From the NCBI RefSeq assembly GCF_009914755.1, contig NC_060945.1: a DNA stretch of 64,000 nt, one strand, 5' to 3'. Source of the stretch: the human T2T-CHM13v2.0 reference genome, Homo sapiens. Within the stretch, counting starts at the first letter, position 1; each line of letters starts with the position of its first letter. A program made the position numbers and the translations under genes. Below the pieces are notes generated by a model. The model was not told where the DNA came from and did no database searches. It worked only from the letters and a program-made list of their open reading frames with translations. Positions 31,488-47,798 of the stretch are shown in pieces.

Positions 31488-33458
31488 AGTTGCACATCAT
31501 GTATCTCATAAGAAGTGAACATTCAGAATACGTAAAGTACTCCTACGGAGAGACTACCAGAAGCAGAGAGGAGCAGACACATTTTCACACTAGGGCACCT
31601 CCTATCTCTCCCGGATTCCAATTAGGGCAGAGTAAGTGCTAGTTCTCTGCCAACCCAGGATTAGGCCCTACAGCTGCAGTGAAAATAATCACAGAAGAAA
31701 ACTAAGAAATAAAAAAATGGAGAAAGTGAGACATCAAACTAAAATTACTAGAAACCCCAAGGAAGAAGGAAAAAGAAACGAAGAAAACAGAAAAACAATT
31801 AAACCAGTTAATTAAACCTTGGCATGACCAGAAGATCAGAGTTTCCTAAAGGAGTGGAAATTTATTGATTTGAAGAGGATTTATTGATTACTGATTTGAA
31901 GAGGAAGAAAAATCATGAATGGTCTAAAGCAAAAGCCTAGTGTCTGAAGAAGTCAGTAGGGTGAAAACAAGAGTTGGCCAGAATGTCCACAGATGGTGAC
32001 AAGTTGGCAAAGCCTTTACTAGACTACTCGTGAGGCTAACTAGAGTCCAAGGAGCCGACACTGCCCCTGTCCTTACAGAGAGACCCTACACAGGATTCCC
32101 AGATATACATGGAAGGACAACATCTTATCAGGTCCTCTCTGTGCAGATGTGGTTATCATTCCAAATAATGAGCTCCAGCCCCAAGACTGTTCCATCCTCA
32201 ATTGCTTTGAGTGGGCAATGTAGGCTCTCCACACACGACCTACATGTAGGTTCCTTGGGTACCCAGATGGGAGCCATGAAACACAAACCCTCCATGGTCA
32301 GGTCTGTATTTGTTTCCTGCCTTTTTCCCAGCAATCCCCAGGCCCCAGCAGCGGTAGTCTACCTCTGCTGATTCTCATTCAGAATCTAAACTTAGAAACA
32401 ATTAGAACCTAGACCCCAATTCTACCTGAAAGTAACAGAATAACATAATCTATACCCTGCAGCATGACTGTTTGCCCAACGTAATGAGGATGAACTGAGA
32501 GATAATGAATGATCATGACCCTGGCCCAAGTAATGAGAATGAACTGTGAGATAAATGAATGATCATGACAAAAAACCCCGCTACAACCCAACAACAAAAT
32601 AAAGTGATTAAAAAATGGACAAACAACATTTATCCAAAGATGCAAAGATGATATACAAATAGCCAACAGATACATGAGATATATGAGAAGATGTGTAACA
32701 TCACTAGTCATTAGAGAAATGCAAAAAGAAACCACAATGGGACATCACTTCAAACCCAATAGAAAGTAACAAGCGCAGGTGAAACTGAAACCCTTGAACA
32801 CTGTTGGTGGAAATATGAACTGGCTCCTCAAAAAAAAATAAAATAAAATGACCATATGATCCAGCCATCCAACTACTACAGAGACAGAATAACTAGTAGC
32901 AGGACCTCAAACAGATATGTGCACACCTAAGTTCACAGCAGCATTACACAGCCACAAGGTGGAAGAAACAAAAACGTCCGTCCAGGAATAGGTGGATAAA
33001 CAAAAGCATATATATATATGATATATATTATATATATATATAATATATAATATATATAATATATATAATGTATGTATATAATATATATGTAATATATATA
33101 TAATATATATATGAAGAAATATTATTCAGCCATAAAAAGGAAGAAAATCGTGACACATCTGACACATAACATGGAACCTACTTACAAAACAACAAATATT
33201 ATATAACCCTAGGTATATAAGCCAAATTTTTAGAAACACAAAGTAGAATAGTACTTGCCAGGAGGTGGAAGGAGGGGGAAATTAATAGTTGTTGAATGGG
33301 TATAGAGATTTCCAAGATAAAAAAAAAATCTAGAAATCTGCTACACAACACCGTAAATATTCTTAACTCTACAAAACTGTATACTTACAACTAGTTACGA
33401 CGGTAAATTTTAAGGTATGTGTTTGTTACCAAAATTCTAAATAATAAATTATTTATAA

Positions 33459-34158
<700 letters not shown>

Positions 34159-34164
34159 ACAAAC

Positions 34165-34980
34165 AAATAGAAAATAAGTAGAAAAATGGCAGACCTAAAT
34201 CCAACCTTAGCAATGATTAGTTACAATGTAACTGGACAAATACTCTACTTAAGACAGAGACTGCCAGACCTGAGAGGAAAGCAAGACCCAACAATATGGC
34301 ATCCACAGAGACACAATTTAAATACAAAGACACAAAGTATGAGAAAAAATATGCTATGCAGACACTAATCATAAAAATATGCTATCCAGACACTAATCAT
34401 AAAAAGCTTCAATGGAGATGTTAACACTAGATGAAAGAGGCTCCAGAAAAAAATATATCACCAGAAATAAACAAGGTAATTTCATAAAAATAAAAGAATC
34501 AGAGAGGATGATGTTACAATTATAAATTGTGCCTCAAAGTGCAAACAAAGTACACACACACACAGAGCCTCAAATTATGTGAATCAAAAACAACAGAACA
34601 AAAGCAGGAAATTGACAATCCAAAATTATAACTGGTGAATTAATACTGCTCTCTCAGTAACTGATGGAACAACCAGATAAAAATATAGGAAAAATACGGA
34701 TCTAAATGACAAAATCCTGACCCAAATGGTACTTGGCAGTACCAAGATAGACTGTCGATCAATTGAGAAAATGTTCAAGCATGAAATAGTATACAAAGTA
34801 TGTTGTCTGAACACCTGAAATTAAATTAGAAACCAACAACAAATTGATATCCAGAAAAGCCTCAAATGTCTGAAAACCAAGTAATAAACTTTGAAATACC
34901 CTGTAAGTCAAAAAAGTATTCACAAGGGGAACTGGAATGTATTTGGAACAAACTTGTTATAAAAATCATATTTCTGGTAG
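34165..34980 (+). mobile_element. Old L1M ORF2 endonuclease-region fragment
   Basis: MADLNPTLAMISYNV..RQRLPD..KQDPTIW resembles the L1 ORF2 N-terminus. Confidence 0.65.
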
Positions 34981-34984
34981 ACTA

Positions 34985-37110
34985 AAGGTGACAACTTCTT
35001 TCCTGCTCCTCTCTCTGTGAGAACCAATTCCCCTTAAACCTTGCCCAGACTACTGACTTGCTTGGCCAACAGAAGGTGACAAAGGTGGTATTTGGGGACT
35101 TCAGAAGCCAGGCTGAGAAAACAGAACACTTATCCAGGAGAAAGCCAGTCACCAGGCAGGAAATCCCACTCCCCTGAGACCCCATGATGGAAACCACACG
35201 GCCAGTCCATGACTAGCTACATGCATTGACATCCCCCATTGACCCTCTAGCAACACCGACTCCCAACCACTAGTGAGCCTTCAGCAACATCCACTCCCAA
35301 CCACTAGTGAGCCACCCTGCACACCACCCCGCTGTGCTTTCACACAATCCAGCTTGGCTGCAACTGTGTGTGAGATGAGCTGGTCACCAAGACTCTCTAA
35401 GCCAAAAAACAAGTAATAATGAGTTGTTTTAAGCTGCCAAGTTTTGGGGATGGTTTCTTCAGAATAGATAACTGGAACAGAATATTGTAGCTGGAAATGA
35501 GCCGCTGTGGTAATCAGAAGCTACAATATGTGCCACGACTGTGAGGCTGACCTGTAACTGGGCCTCAAGGAGACCATTCATGCAACCTGGAAGGGCATCA
35601 AGACTCTTGGTCAGGGCCTGAAAGACGGTGAGAAAATGTCATTGGAAACTGGGGAAAAGGCCTGAGAGTTATGTGCTGAGGGACTGTGAGAAAACTATGG
35701 CCACAACATGGAAACTGAAAGGGCACTGCACCATCTCAGGGATCTGCCTAAGGAGACATCTGGGAAGAACATGGAAAGTGCTATCAGCCTCCCCTAACTG
35801 TCACTGAATAAACATGACAGGAGAGGGACATGATCTAAAGAAGGAAGTTCAGTTTTCCAACAAAATTTAGAGAAAATATAAAGAAATAATTTCTTGTCTC
35901 AAAAGGCCAAAGAAAAAAAAAAAGAAAAGAAAAAAAAATTATAAAGAAGCCATTGAATACCCTATTGACCATAAGAAAAAGGCAGAGAAAGTTGGTCAAC
36001 GGCAACCCAGGCACTGAAGGAAAAAGAACATGGAGAATGACAAAAGCCCAGAGGGAGGAGTAAAAGGACACAAACGCCGTTCTCAGGGACAAGGACTGGG
36101 CGCCGTTCTCAGGGACCTGGACTGGGCACTAATCACAGAACTGTAACAGGCGCCCCATGGGAATGACCAACTGTTAGACGGGGCCTGCAGGGCAGCACCT
36201 CCCTCCTGCCTCCCACCAACAGCTTCTAAAGGGAAATGCCGACTGTTTTCACACCAGTCCCCTCACTGCGGCTGAGTGTGTGGGCACAGATGATAGGTCA
36301 CAACAACCTGATTCAGTCCTCACTGTGGCTGAGTGCGTCAGGGGCAGACGACAGGCCACCACAACCTGATTCAGTCCTCACTGTGGCTGTGTGTGGGGGG
36401 GCAGATGACAGGCCACCACAACTTGATTCAGTACTCACTGCGGCTGAGTGTGTGTGGGTGCAGGTGACAGGCCACCACAACCTGATTCAGGATTCAGTTG
36501 GGCTACCAGCCAGTGCCATAAGGAAAACCATTCTGGGACTCTTGAGAGGGGCAAAGCATAATTTGCATGTGGGAGAAACGTTAGTAGTTTGTGGCCAGAG
36601 GACAAACTGTGGTTTATTAAAGACTGCTGCAGGTTCCTACTATGCTTCTCATCAAGAGGTGGAATCTAATCACCTTCCCCCCTTGAATCATGGCTGGTCT
36701 CAGTGATGAGTACGACTGGACAGTGTGGCAGGAGAGATGCTCTGGGACTTCTGAGGGATGATCATGAGAGACCTTACAGCTTCTGCCTGGGCCTCTTGGA
36801 CACATACACTGGGAGAAGCCAGACAAACCTGACTACCTGACACTGCCAGACTGGGAGGAAGTCCGTGCTGGCCACAAAGAGAGGGCTTGGTGCCTGCTCC
36901 ATGTCCCCAGCCACTAGAGTCCTTCTGGTGCCTGCTTCACGTCCCCAGCCACTAGAGTCCTTCCAGATGAGACCAGGGACATCATGAAGCAGCCAACCCA
37001 CATTGCCCTGTCCAGTGTCTTGACCCAGAAAATTGTGACATGTGAAAAGAATAAATTCCTGGTTTAAGCCAGTAAGGTTACTGGTACATTGTTACATTGC
37101 AGATAATTAA
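34985..37110 (+). mobile_element. MLT1-type MaLR: LTR (~34985-35480), internal region, LTR (~36607-37105)
   Basis: LTR ends 'aagctgccaagttttggggatggtttcttcagaatagataactggaaca' and 'ttaagccagtaaggttactggtacattgttacattgcagataatta'; LTR start 'tcaagaggtggaatctaat..cccttgaatc'. Confidence 0.6.
36254..36490. repeat. ~59-bp minisatellite, 4 copies
   Basis: Repeated CAGTCCTCACTG(C/T)GGCTGAGTG..GACAGGCCACCACAACCTGATT. Confidence 0.88.
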
Positions 37111-37741
37111 AACCTTGAAAAACTCATGAGAGATCCCAAGTAAAACCTTGATCTGAAACATGGCATGTGGCGATTTATATTGAGTATTAGGTTAAAAATG
37201 CAAGATTGGAGAATAGTTAATATTTTACGTGAAAGCTAAAACTATAATTGCCCACTTAAAATTTTCAGTTAATTAGGTTGTCACTTTTTGTTTTTAACCA
37301 AGAAATCAACTAGTTTTAGTCCATAAACAGTTGGAACTGATGCACACATCCGTTTTTCCTTACTCATTTTAAGCAGCTATCTGAAATAGGAAGTGTAATA
37401 TAATCTTTAAAGAATCTGAAAATATGACAGAAATGTTTAAACTATAAACATATATTGTAAATGTTAGCATATTATATACATTGCATATTAACATAAGCTA
37501 AAATCATTGATATAAACTTATATAAACAAAAGGTAGAAAATATGACAATGTTCTTCTTGTTTTTTGTCTTTGCATATTTCTTTATTGGCCCTTGTCAAAC
37601 GTGACCCACTAAGTCCTGAATGCTTTCTCTCTCCCCATGGATTCCTAAGGATGTCACCACAGTGCTGGCCAGATGCACAGATCACAGGTGACTGAACCTC
37701 ATCACCCCATGAACACACCCTTCAGGTTTTGCCAAGAATGA

Positions 37742-38140
<399 letters not shown>

Positions 38141-39152
38141 AACAAGGAAACAAAAGCAACAAGGCTTGACACCAGATGAGCCTGAATCTAAGCAAGAAAA
38201 GCCCAGAAGAAATCCCATTTTGGGTCACTGGCTGCATGGTAGTAATGCCATACACATAAGGAAGAGAAGAGGATGTGGCTTTCACTTCGAATTTTTTGAG
38301 CTTAAGGTAAATTTGGATAGCTACAAAGAAGCATTCAACAGAGAGTTAAACCTATGATGGAAAGACTGAAGAGGTCCAAGCTGTAGAGAAACAGGACTGC
38401 AAACCACAAAGGGCTGAATCAGTCAAGGAGAACTGCAGGGCAAGATGAACAGGGACCAATGGAACATTTGGATAAGCTGTTGAGAAGAAAGGAGAATTCA
38501 GAGAAAAAGAACTGTCAGTGAGGTCATAATAGGAACTGTTACAGTGAACTAAATATGGCCTGGGAAGGACTCTGTACTTCTAGATTTGAGTCCCTGTGGA
38601 CAAACTGCAACCTAACTTAATAGGTAGAAAGACTGAAAACGTAACTTAGGAGTATGTGCCTAAAACAGTAGCTGAGTCCTGGCCAATCCCAACAGCCAAA
38701 CTTCTGCCACTCACACACTGCTGAGTGTTCAGCTGTGTTCAAATAAGGCAAATGCTGAGCACTGTAACCAGTCCAGTTGTTTCTGGACCTCACTGCTGAG
38801 AACTGTAATGGACCCAGTTGCTTCTAGACCTCACTCCTCACTTCAGATTTTTGTACATCATGTTCCCTTTATTGTCTATAAATCTTCCACCATGTGTCTG
38901 TGCTGGAGTCTCACTGAATCTGCTGTGATTCTGGGGGCTGCCTGATTCGTGAATCATTCATTGCTCAATTAAGCTCCTTTAAATTTAATTCAGCTGAAGA
39001 TTTTCTTTTAATAGATGGTGTCAGAAGTGGGATCCGTGGGAGCAGGACTGCTAGGGCCTCTGGAGCTATACTGTGGTGAGCAGTGTTGCTAAGACTTCTA
39101 ATGACCCCCAGAGTGCTGAGGTACAAGGAAGGAACCTGAAAGGACCCATTTG

Positions 39153-40406
39153 TGATGGCAGCAGTGGCCCACGTGGAGCAGTTGCTATGGAGACACTGGC
39201 TGCAGTGGGGAGGAGTGGCTGGGGCTGTGCACTCCTCAAAGCTGGTGGGAGCCAGGAATGGGTGGGAGACCTGCCCCTTCTAAATTATCAGGCAGGAGCC
39301 CCACCCTCCCAGGCACAGCTGCAGCCATCCAGCCATGACTGCAAACCCGGGCATCTCTGCACTCTCAGAGGCCCAGCAAGCCCCCCTGCCCCGCAGGCTC
39401 AGTTGTACCTGGTCCTGCCACCTGGCGTCTCTCTGCTTCCAGAGCCCACTCCAAATTCAGATCCAAGTTGAGGCCAAACCTGGGCACAGTCACAACCTGG
39501 CCTGGTTTGCGCAAGCTCAGGGCAGTGCTGACATGCCAGCCCCCTGCCACCTCGGCCCCCTCCAGAATTTGGGCACTGGCAAGCACAGGAGGGAGGCTGA
39601 GGTGGGGCTAAGAGTGGCTCAGCAGTGGCCGGAAGGCCCTCCTCAGCTCGAACGCCTGGGCACTATGGGCACAGCTACCCACCGTGCGTCTCCTCTCAGC
39701 TGCTGAGAGCTGAACAGACGTTGGGATGACCTGCCTGCAGAAAGGAGCTACCCACTGCAGGTCTCCTCTGAGCCGTACTGTGGCTCAATAAAGCACCTCT
39801 TCACCTTGCTCACCTTCTACTTGTCCACATACCTCATTTTTCCTGGACTCAGGACAAGAACTCGGGACCTGCCAACTAGCAGGGCTGAAAGAGGTGTAAC
39901 ATAAACAGGGCTGAAACGCGCTCCTTTCTTGCCAAATTGCAGGCAAGAAGAAGAGAAGAGAGAAGGAGAGAAGAGCTGTGTCCCTTCAGGGAACACACAC
40001 CTAGGAGCTCCTCCAACCAGGGCTGTGACACCTTCTTTGGGGCTCTGCAGGTCCTGCATCTCCAAGCTTCTGGGTGCCACTGCATTCCCTGATACCCACA
40101 GTGGAAGCTGTTTGCAGTCGGCCTGGTCCAGCTGCAGCCTCACAGGGAGCTGGCACCTGTGCCTGGAGCTGCCCACCCCACTGCAGCTGGCATGCTTGGC
40201 TGTGTGCAGTGGCAGATCCCATGCTCGCTTGCTCACACACCCCTCACTGCTCTGTACCCAGCTCGCCCTTGGCAGGTGTGGGATCCAGACCACTAGCATG
40301 AGCTGAGTGGACAGAACTAACCCAGTGGGCCCGAGCAAAACACAGGTAAAGGTGCCACCAGCCAGAGGTTTCAGGCAGAAAAGTGACACCTCAGGATTCT
40401 GTAACA
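39153..40406 (+). mobile_element. MER52-type solo LTR nested in the MER57 internal region
   Basis: GC-rich LTR TGATGGCAGCAGTGGCCC..., AATAAA at ~39787, end ...CAGGATTCTGTAACA; near-TSD TTTG/CTTG. Confidence 0.75.
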
Positions 40407-41199
40407 CTTGTGTCCTTTGATCTCTCTGAGCAGCTGGGGATCATGGTAAATTTTCTCTCGGATTTCAGAGCTCCATGGATTTGTGTTTTGAGCTCTGAGT
40501 TTCTTTGAGCAAATTTCTGTTCCAAACTGCTATCCAGCCATGACTGGCTGGATGTTTTAGAAGTTATGACAGAAAACGGACCGGGTCCAGGATCAGATTT
40601 GATCCAGTAGTTAATTGGCTTGAATCCAGTTCCAGTTAGAGGCCTCCTACATCTGACTGGGTCAGAAGGAAAGTGGTAGTAAATGATAATATTGGAAGAT
40701 TGTAACATTTGGCTTTTGAAAATTCACAGGGATTTTTGTGTTCTACCCCTTTGTTTCATTTTTCTCGCACGGTTAGGCAGGAAAAAAAAATCATTGGCTA
40801 AGTTAATGAAGGGAACCTGGGAGTAAAGCCAATATTTTAGGTAAAAATAGGATCCTTAATTTCTGGAAAACTAAGCTCCTTCTGGCTAATACATTAGGCC
40901 TGGGAAGCAGCAAAGTCTTACAGAAATGGCAAAATCTTATTAAGATAACTTACAGTGGAACATTCCAAATGAATAATGCCCTGAAGTGCATTTAAAAATG
41001 AGGGTTCCCAAATTAGTCTCATCTAGGGATGCCTATTAATATGCAGAAGCTTCTAAAAAGATTTAGAGATGGCACCGCCCATCTGGGAGCAAGTTTGAGT
41101 CTTACCAGTTTGATACTGGGTGCTGAGCAAAGTGGCACGTGTCTATGTTTTGTCACATGTATTTTGCTCTGGGCAGAATGAAAAATGTTAATTTGGTTA

Positions 41200-41409
<210 letters not shown>

Positions 41410-42110
41410 TCACCTGAGGTCAGGAGTTCAGGGCCAGCCTGACCAACAAGGAAAAACCCCATCTCTACTAAAAACACAAAATTAGCTGGGCATGGTGGCA
41501 CATGCCTCTAATCCCAGCTACTCAGGAGGCTGGGGAAGGAGAATCGCTTGAACCCGGGAGGCAGGGGGTTGCAGTGAACCGAGATCACACCATTGCACTC
41601 CAGCCTGGGCAACAAGAGGGAAAATCCATCTGAAAAAAAAAAAAAAAGAAAGAATAATAGGTTTGTCTATGAGGTTTTATGAAAAAGTGGGTGACATTTG
41701 GCTTTCTCACTTTAAAGAAGATGTTCAGGTAATATTAAAAAATAATGAAAAATTTGTTTGCCTTTTAAATAAACTACCAAAAAAAAAAAAAAAGGAAAAA
41801 CAAGAGGCAGATCGTTTGTGAAGATGTCTTCCCTCTATCAATGAGTAAAGATTTTTGCCCTTTAAAACTTTTTTAAGTCATGATTTTAAGTAAATGAATG
41901 ACTTACGGTGACCTGGAATTCTATTTCATAACATCAAGTGTTTAAACTTTTAATATATTTAATAGGCTTCCCAAAATCAAATTTCAACTTCAAAATTGTC
42001 TTTTCTGACCTCTAACTTTGGGATACTACAGAGGCCCTTGAAGCACCCAAAAGAGAGGTAAACAGGACTATTTAACATGTTAAGTCACATGGGTAGCACT
42101 GTCAAAATAA

Positions 42111-42417
<307 letters not shown>

Positions 42418-42579
42418 TGACCTCGTGATCCTTCCACCTTGGCCTCCCAAAGTGCTGGGATTACAGGCGTGAGCCACTGCACCTGGCCAGGATTCTAAAA
42501 TTCTAATATGCCTATATGCTATCTATCATAATTACCTGTTTTGTTTGTTTTGAGACGGAGTTTCGCTCTTGTCACCTAG

Positions 42580-42714
<135 letters not shown>

Positions 42715-43195
42715 TAGTAAAGACAGAGTTTTACCATGTTGGCCAGGCTGGTCTCAAACTCCTGACCTCAGGTGATCCACCTAACTTGGCCTCTCAAAGA
42801 GCTGGGATTACAGGAATGAGCCACCACATCCACCCTAATTATGGTTATTAAGTTATTGTAGACCACAGAAATAACCAAATTTCCTTATCAATTGTCTTTA
42901 ACTATAACTATTTAAAGTCATTTCCACAGTTAATTGCTTAATGATGATGCAGTTTCTAAAAACTTCACAAGCATGCAAAATTCTAGAATAGAAGATTCAT
43001 GAAAGAATGAAAAGGACCATGAAAAACACTCGGGAACACAGGTTTCTAATAACTTTAATATCATGGGTAAAAATTCCCCATAAGTTCCCCGATCCCCCAA
43101 TAATTGGACTGGTGAAGAATTCTCAAAAGTTAGGCTGGGTGCAGTGGCTCATGTTGGCAATCCCAGCACTTTGGGAGGCTGAGGCCGGTGGATCA

Positions 43196-43522
<327 letters not shown>

Positions 43523-44726
43523 CTAAATCACCAATATTGAAATTGTTTAGATATATAATTTAAATAAACTCCATGGTCTAAGCCAAATTACCTATAACTC
43601 ATCAGTTACCAGTGCCATGCACCTAATTTGAAGAAACAGCTGGTATTCAAGAGGATGTAAGTCTAATGTTAATTAAGCACGGACTTATGAATAACCAGGA
43701 TGGCCACCTTTCCGTCTTAAGTCCTTAAAACTTTTGTTATTAAAAGTTCTGCATTCCATAACTCATCATGGAAAGAGAAAATGATCCAAATTAAATATAT
43801 TGCTGTGGTGATCTCTAAATTGCTAAAATAGTTTATAATCAATGTTTGGTATGTCGAACCTATATTCCTAGGAAAACAATCAAAACTTCAGGTGCATTTG
43901 GTTACCTGATGGGCCATTTAAACATTTTATAAAGGGATTTCATTCAGTTGTCATTTTCAGTGCATGTTTTCTGATTGTAAAAAAGCTCTTCCATGCAAGA
44001 GGGTTGATGTTAAAACAGTAGATTATTATGCTGAAGTGTATTTTCACCAGATAAAGAAAGCCTTTTATGGTTCACAGAGGACAGCCAACCCCTTCACAAT
44101 CTAGAATCTGATGACTGGATCTTCTGAGAACATCAGAGGACTGCCCTTGCCATTCACATGACAGCAAAACTTTAAAACCTTAAACTTTGGGTTCATAGTC
44201 TTACAACTCAGAAGGGTCCCTCCACACTTGGAACCATACACCCCTTGGAACCCTTAAGGTAAAGCTAACAAGGACAGTTCCCCCCCAGAAGAAGATGGCA
44301 TCCTTAATGTGAACAGCTTTTCCCAAGATCACAGATCAAGACTTCTCTACTATCATGAGACTCTTATCTTAAGTATCTGTGCAGCTGCTAACATGGCATA
44401 TGGAGAAAACATCGGGTATTATAAAGATTTGGTTGTAGGGAATTAACAAAAAGACCCACTTAGTTAAGCAAGTAAACTCTTTATCTAATTCATTCTTTAA
44501 TCTATTTGATTTTAGGTGGTTTGATTTATGGGGACCCTGAGTAAGGAGCATATACCAAATTCTTGGTGTTATCCCAATAGTCATAAGAGTCTCCCTGGTG
44601 CACTGTACTTACTCAAATGTTTTAAGAGTTTGCATGCAGCCATCTCTAAAATGTCAAATGGTATCTCTTCAACTGGAATGACAACAGATTAAAAAAATGT
44701 GCAATCATAAGGACACCGTAACCTAT

Positions 44727-45006
44727 GAGTGACATGCTAAACCAGAAACCCAAAACAATGGGAGTGACATGCTAAACCAGAAACCCAAAACAATGGGACT
44801 GATGTACTAAAACCGGAACCCAAAACAATGGGAGTGATGTACTAAAACCAGAACCCAAAACAATGGGAGTGACGTGCTAAACCAGAAACCCAAAACAATG
44901 GGAGTAACATGCTAAAACCAGAACCCAAAACAATGGGAGTGACGTGCTAAAACCATTACCCAAAACAATGGGAGTGATGTGCTAAACCGGAAACCCAAAA
45001 CAATGG
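44727..45006. repeat. 35-bp minisatellite, about 8 copies
   Basis: GGAGTGA(C/T)(A/G)TGCTAAACCAGAAACCCAAAACAATG repeated. Confidence 0.92.
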
Positions 45007-46189
45007 TAACTAAGAGTGGGGCTAAGGCCCTACATTTTGGTCACACTCTCAACTAAGTGAGAACTTGACTGAAAAGGAGGATTTTTTTTTTTCTGAGACA
45101 GAGTCTTGCTCTGTCCCCCAGAGTGGAGTGCAGTGGCATGATCTCGGCTCACTGCAAGCTCTGCCTCCCGGGTTCAGGCCATTCTCCTGCCTCAGCCTCC
45201 TGAGTAGCTGGGACTACAGGCACCCGCCAGCATGCTTGGCTATTTTTTTGTGTATTTAGTAGAGATGGGGTTTCACCGTATTAGCAAGGATGGTCTCAAT
45301 CTCCTGATCTCGTGATCTGCCCACCTCGGCCTTCCAAAGTGCTGGGATTACAGGCATGAGCCACCGTGCCCAGCCAAAAGGAGGAATTTTTTAAGCAAAA
45401 TTATGGGAGGCCATTGTTTTGAACTAAGCTCATGCAATAGGTCCCAACAGAACAAACCAAACCAAAATGGAGTCACTCATGCTAAATGGAACATAATCAA
45501 ACTAAGACTTTAAGGAAACACATAAATCCTAGAACAAACCAGGTTTTGTTTTTCTCCTGTAAACAGGATGTTCCAGCATAAGAAGACAACTTCTACTCAA
45601 GTCCTTGTTCCACCTTTTCAAATCTCACTGTTCTATTTCCCAGTGGGTTTCTAAACCAAATAAGTACATTTGCAAGGGTAATAGTGACACCAGTGACTGA
45701 AGTTTTGGCCAATCTCTCAAAATTGAGAAAATAACCAAAGGGAAGGCATTGTTAAAGTGAACTAAGTATGTCCTGAGAAGGACTCCATAATTATATATAT
45801 GAGTCCTTGTGGGTGACCTGCAACCTATCTTAATAGGTAAACAAGAATGAAAACCTAACTTGAGTGTATGCACCTCAAACAACAGCTACATCTTGGCCAA
45901 TCCCAATGGCCAAACTTCAACCACTCAGGCACTGCCAAATGTTCAAACTGTGCTCAAACAAGGCAAACGCTGAGTTGTTTCTGTACCTCACTTCCGATTT
46001 CGGTATGCCACTTCCCTTTTGTCTACAAATCTTCTTCCACCACATGACTGTGCTGGAGTCTCTGTGAATCTGCTGTGATTCTGGGGACTTTCCGATTCAT
46101 GAATCGTTTATTGCTCAATTAAACTCCTTTAAAGTTTTTCTTTTAACAGAACTAACACGGAAGAATTTCCAGATCATGAACAGATGTTT

Positions 46190-46791
46190 TGTAATACCCA
46201 ACGTTGTATTAACATGAATAGACTCTTCCTTAGATAGCTAACCTTGTTTTTAATATGAATAGACTCTCCCTTAGCTGAGAAAACCAGACAAACTCCATTT
46301 GGCTCCTTCATTTACAAGACATCAAGGGCTCCTTACCCACCCCCTTTCCTCAAGGACTTTAACTTGTGCAAGCTGATTTTCAACATATCAAAGAGTGCAA
46401 TTAACTGATAAAGTGCTGAGGCAAGTGATGTCCGCAGTTCCCAGCAAATTACTCAGAGATAATATCATAAAGCCCCCACATTTGTCTGGAAGATAATGCC
46501 CAGAGCCCCCTCACTCATCACTTTGTGGTGAATTTAAAGCCTCTGCACCTGGAACAGTTTGTTTTCCTGTAACCATCTGTCTTTTTAAGTTTTTTGTCTG
46601 TTTTTTCTTCTGTAAGTTTATTGCAGCTGGAATCCCCCCTCCCCTCTCTAAACCAATGTATAAAAGAAAATCTAGCCCATTCTTTAGGGCCGAGAGTATT
46701 TCCTGTGTTAGCCATCTCTCAGTCACCAGCTAATAAAGGACTCCTGAATTCGTCTCAAAGTGTGGCATTTCTAACTCGTTTGGGTACAACA
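46190..46791 (+). mobile_element. LTR6-family (HERV-S71) solo LTR
   Basis: TGTAATACCCAAC...AATAAAGGACTCCTGAATTCGTCTCAAAGTGTGGC...GGGTACAACA with 4-bp TSD GTTT (46186-46189, 46792-46795). Confidence 0.8.
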
Positions 46792-47136
46792 GTTTCAACT
46801 ATGGTAGAAGACTCGAGTAAGACAAATACAGCCCCCCTAAATTTGACTATTATTTAGGTTAATGGTGAGTTTAGAAGAAATAAGTTAAGACTACACAGAG
46901 TGGGCTAAATTGCAAATAAACACTGAAAATATTTCCCAGAAAATATGACTTTGAACAGGCTGCTGCACACCCTGCATGTAGAGATAAACTAAGAAAAATG
47001 TGTGGAGAGTTATTTAAGGACCTGTGGTTAACTCAGTCCTCAAGATGTTCTGGGTTTCATCCATGAGTCAAGGAGGACCTCCCAAAAGCTGTTTGGGACC
47101 ACACTCTTTGAGCAAGGAGCATACCTTATGATGGAA

Positions 47137-47346
47137 GCTGTGCTTTAGCAGCAGATGACCATTTCCACTGCACAACACGCCGTGCTTTAGCAGACGATGA
47201 CCATTTCCACTGTACAACATGCTGTGCTTTAGCGTCAGATGACCATTTCCACTGCACAACACGCCATGCTTTAGCGGAAAATGACCATTTCCACTGCACA
47301 ACACGCCATGCCTTAGCGGAAGATGACTGTTTCCACTGCACAACAC
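47137..47346. repeat. 42-bp minisatellite, 5 copies
   Basis: GC(T/C)(G/A)TGCTTTAGC..ATGACCATTTCCACTGCACAACAC with a 42-bp period. Confidence 0.92.
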
Positions 47347-47739
47347 TACAAGTGCTTACTGCCAGACCGGTGTGAAATATGTTCCAGCACATAATCTATG
47401 TCACCAATGAAGGTGGTGGTTAAGACTTGGTGCACACAAGCTTTCCTGTCCCACAAGAACACAGCATGCTCTCTTTTCGGGTTCCATTCCAATCACGTAA
47501 GAAACATGACTGCCTTTTTTGTTTCGGCATCAGAAAGATCAGAGGAAACTTTGCACTCAACTTAGACAACTCTAAGCTTTTATAACCTGTCTATATCTAC
47601 AGGTCAGCTTTATCTTATTTATGTATATTTCCTTCAACCTGAGTTTTACTTATTTCCACTTTTCCTTTTTAATTCACAGACACCCATAAACTCAGAAAAT
47701 ACAGTGTAAAACAAAGTGAAGAACAAATAAACAACTCAC

Positions 47740-47798
47740 CAGAGATTTATTCGTTTCTTGTTGCTCTTGGAAACACCCAGAGGACACTGGAAACATAG
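47740..47798 (-). pseudogene. ZNF717-like exon 2 (first coding exon, MFPVSSGCFQEQQETNKSL)
   Basis: Minus strand: TTTGCCTTCTCTTCCAG|CT ATG TTT CCA GTG TCC TCT GGG TGT TTC CAA GAG CAA CAA GAA ACG AAT AAA TCT CTG|GTGAGT. Canonical splice sites, 19 codons, phase 0. Resembles the recalled ZNF717 N-terminus (MFPVFSGCFQELQEKNKSL) and MAFIP/TEKT4P2-type transcripts. Confidence 0.8.

Noticed and set aside
37600-37720. Possible KRAB-A exon for the ZNF717-like gene
   Set aside because: Minus-strand translation lacks the VSFxDVAVxFTxEEW motif.
39016-39033. tRNA-Leu gene
   Set aside because: Only 18 nt complementary to a tRNA 3' end, directly after an LTR: a primer-binding site.
47068-47392. His/Cys repeat peptide (HGVLCSGNGH) as a zinc-finger-like protein
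   Set aside because: Product of the 42-bp VNTR. Spacing is not C2H2, and the candidate splice from exon 2 hits a stop before the repeat.
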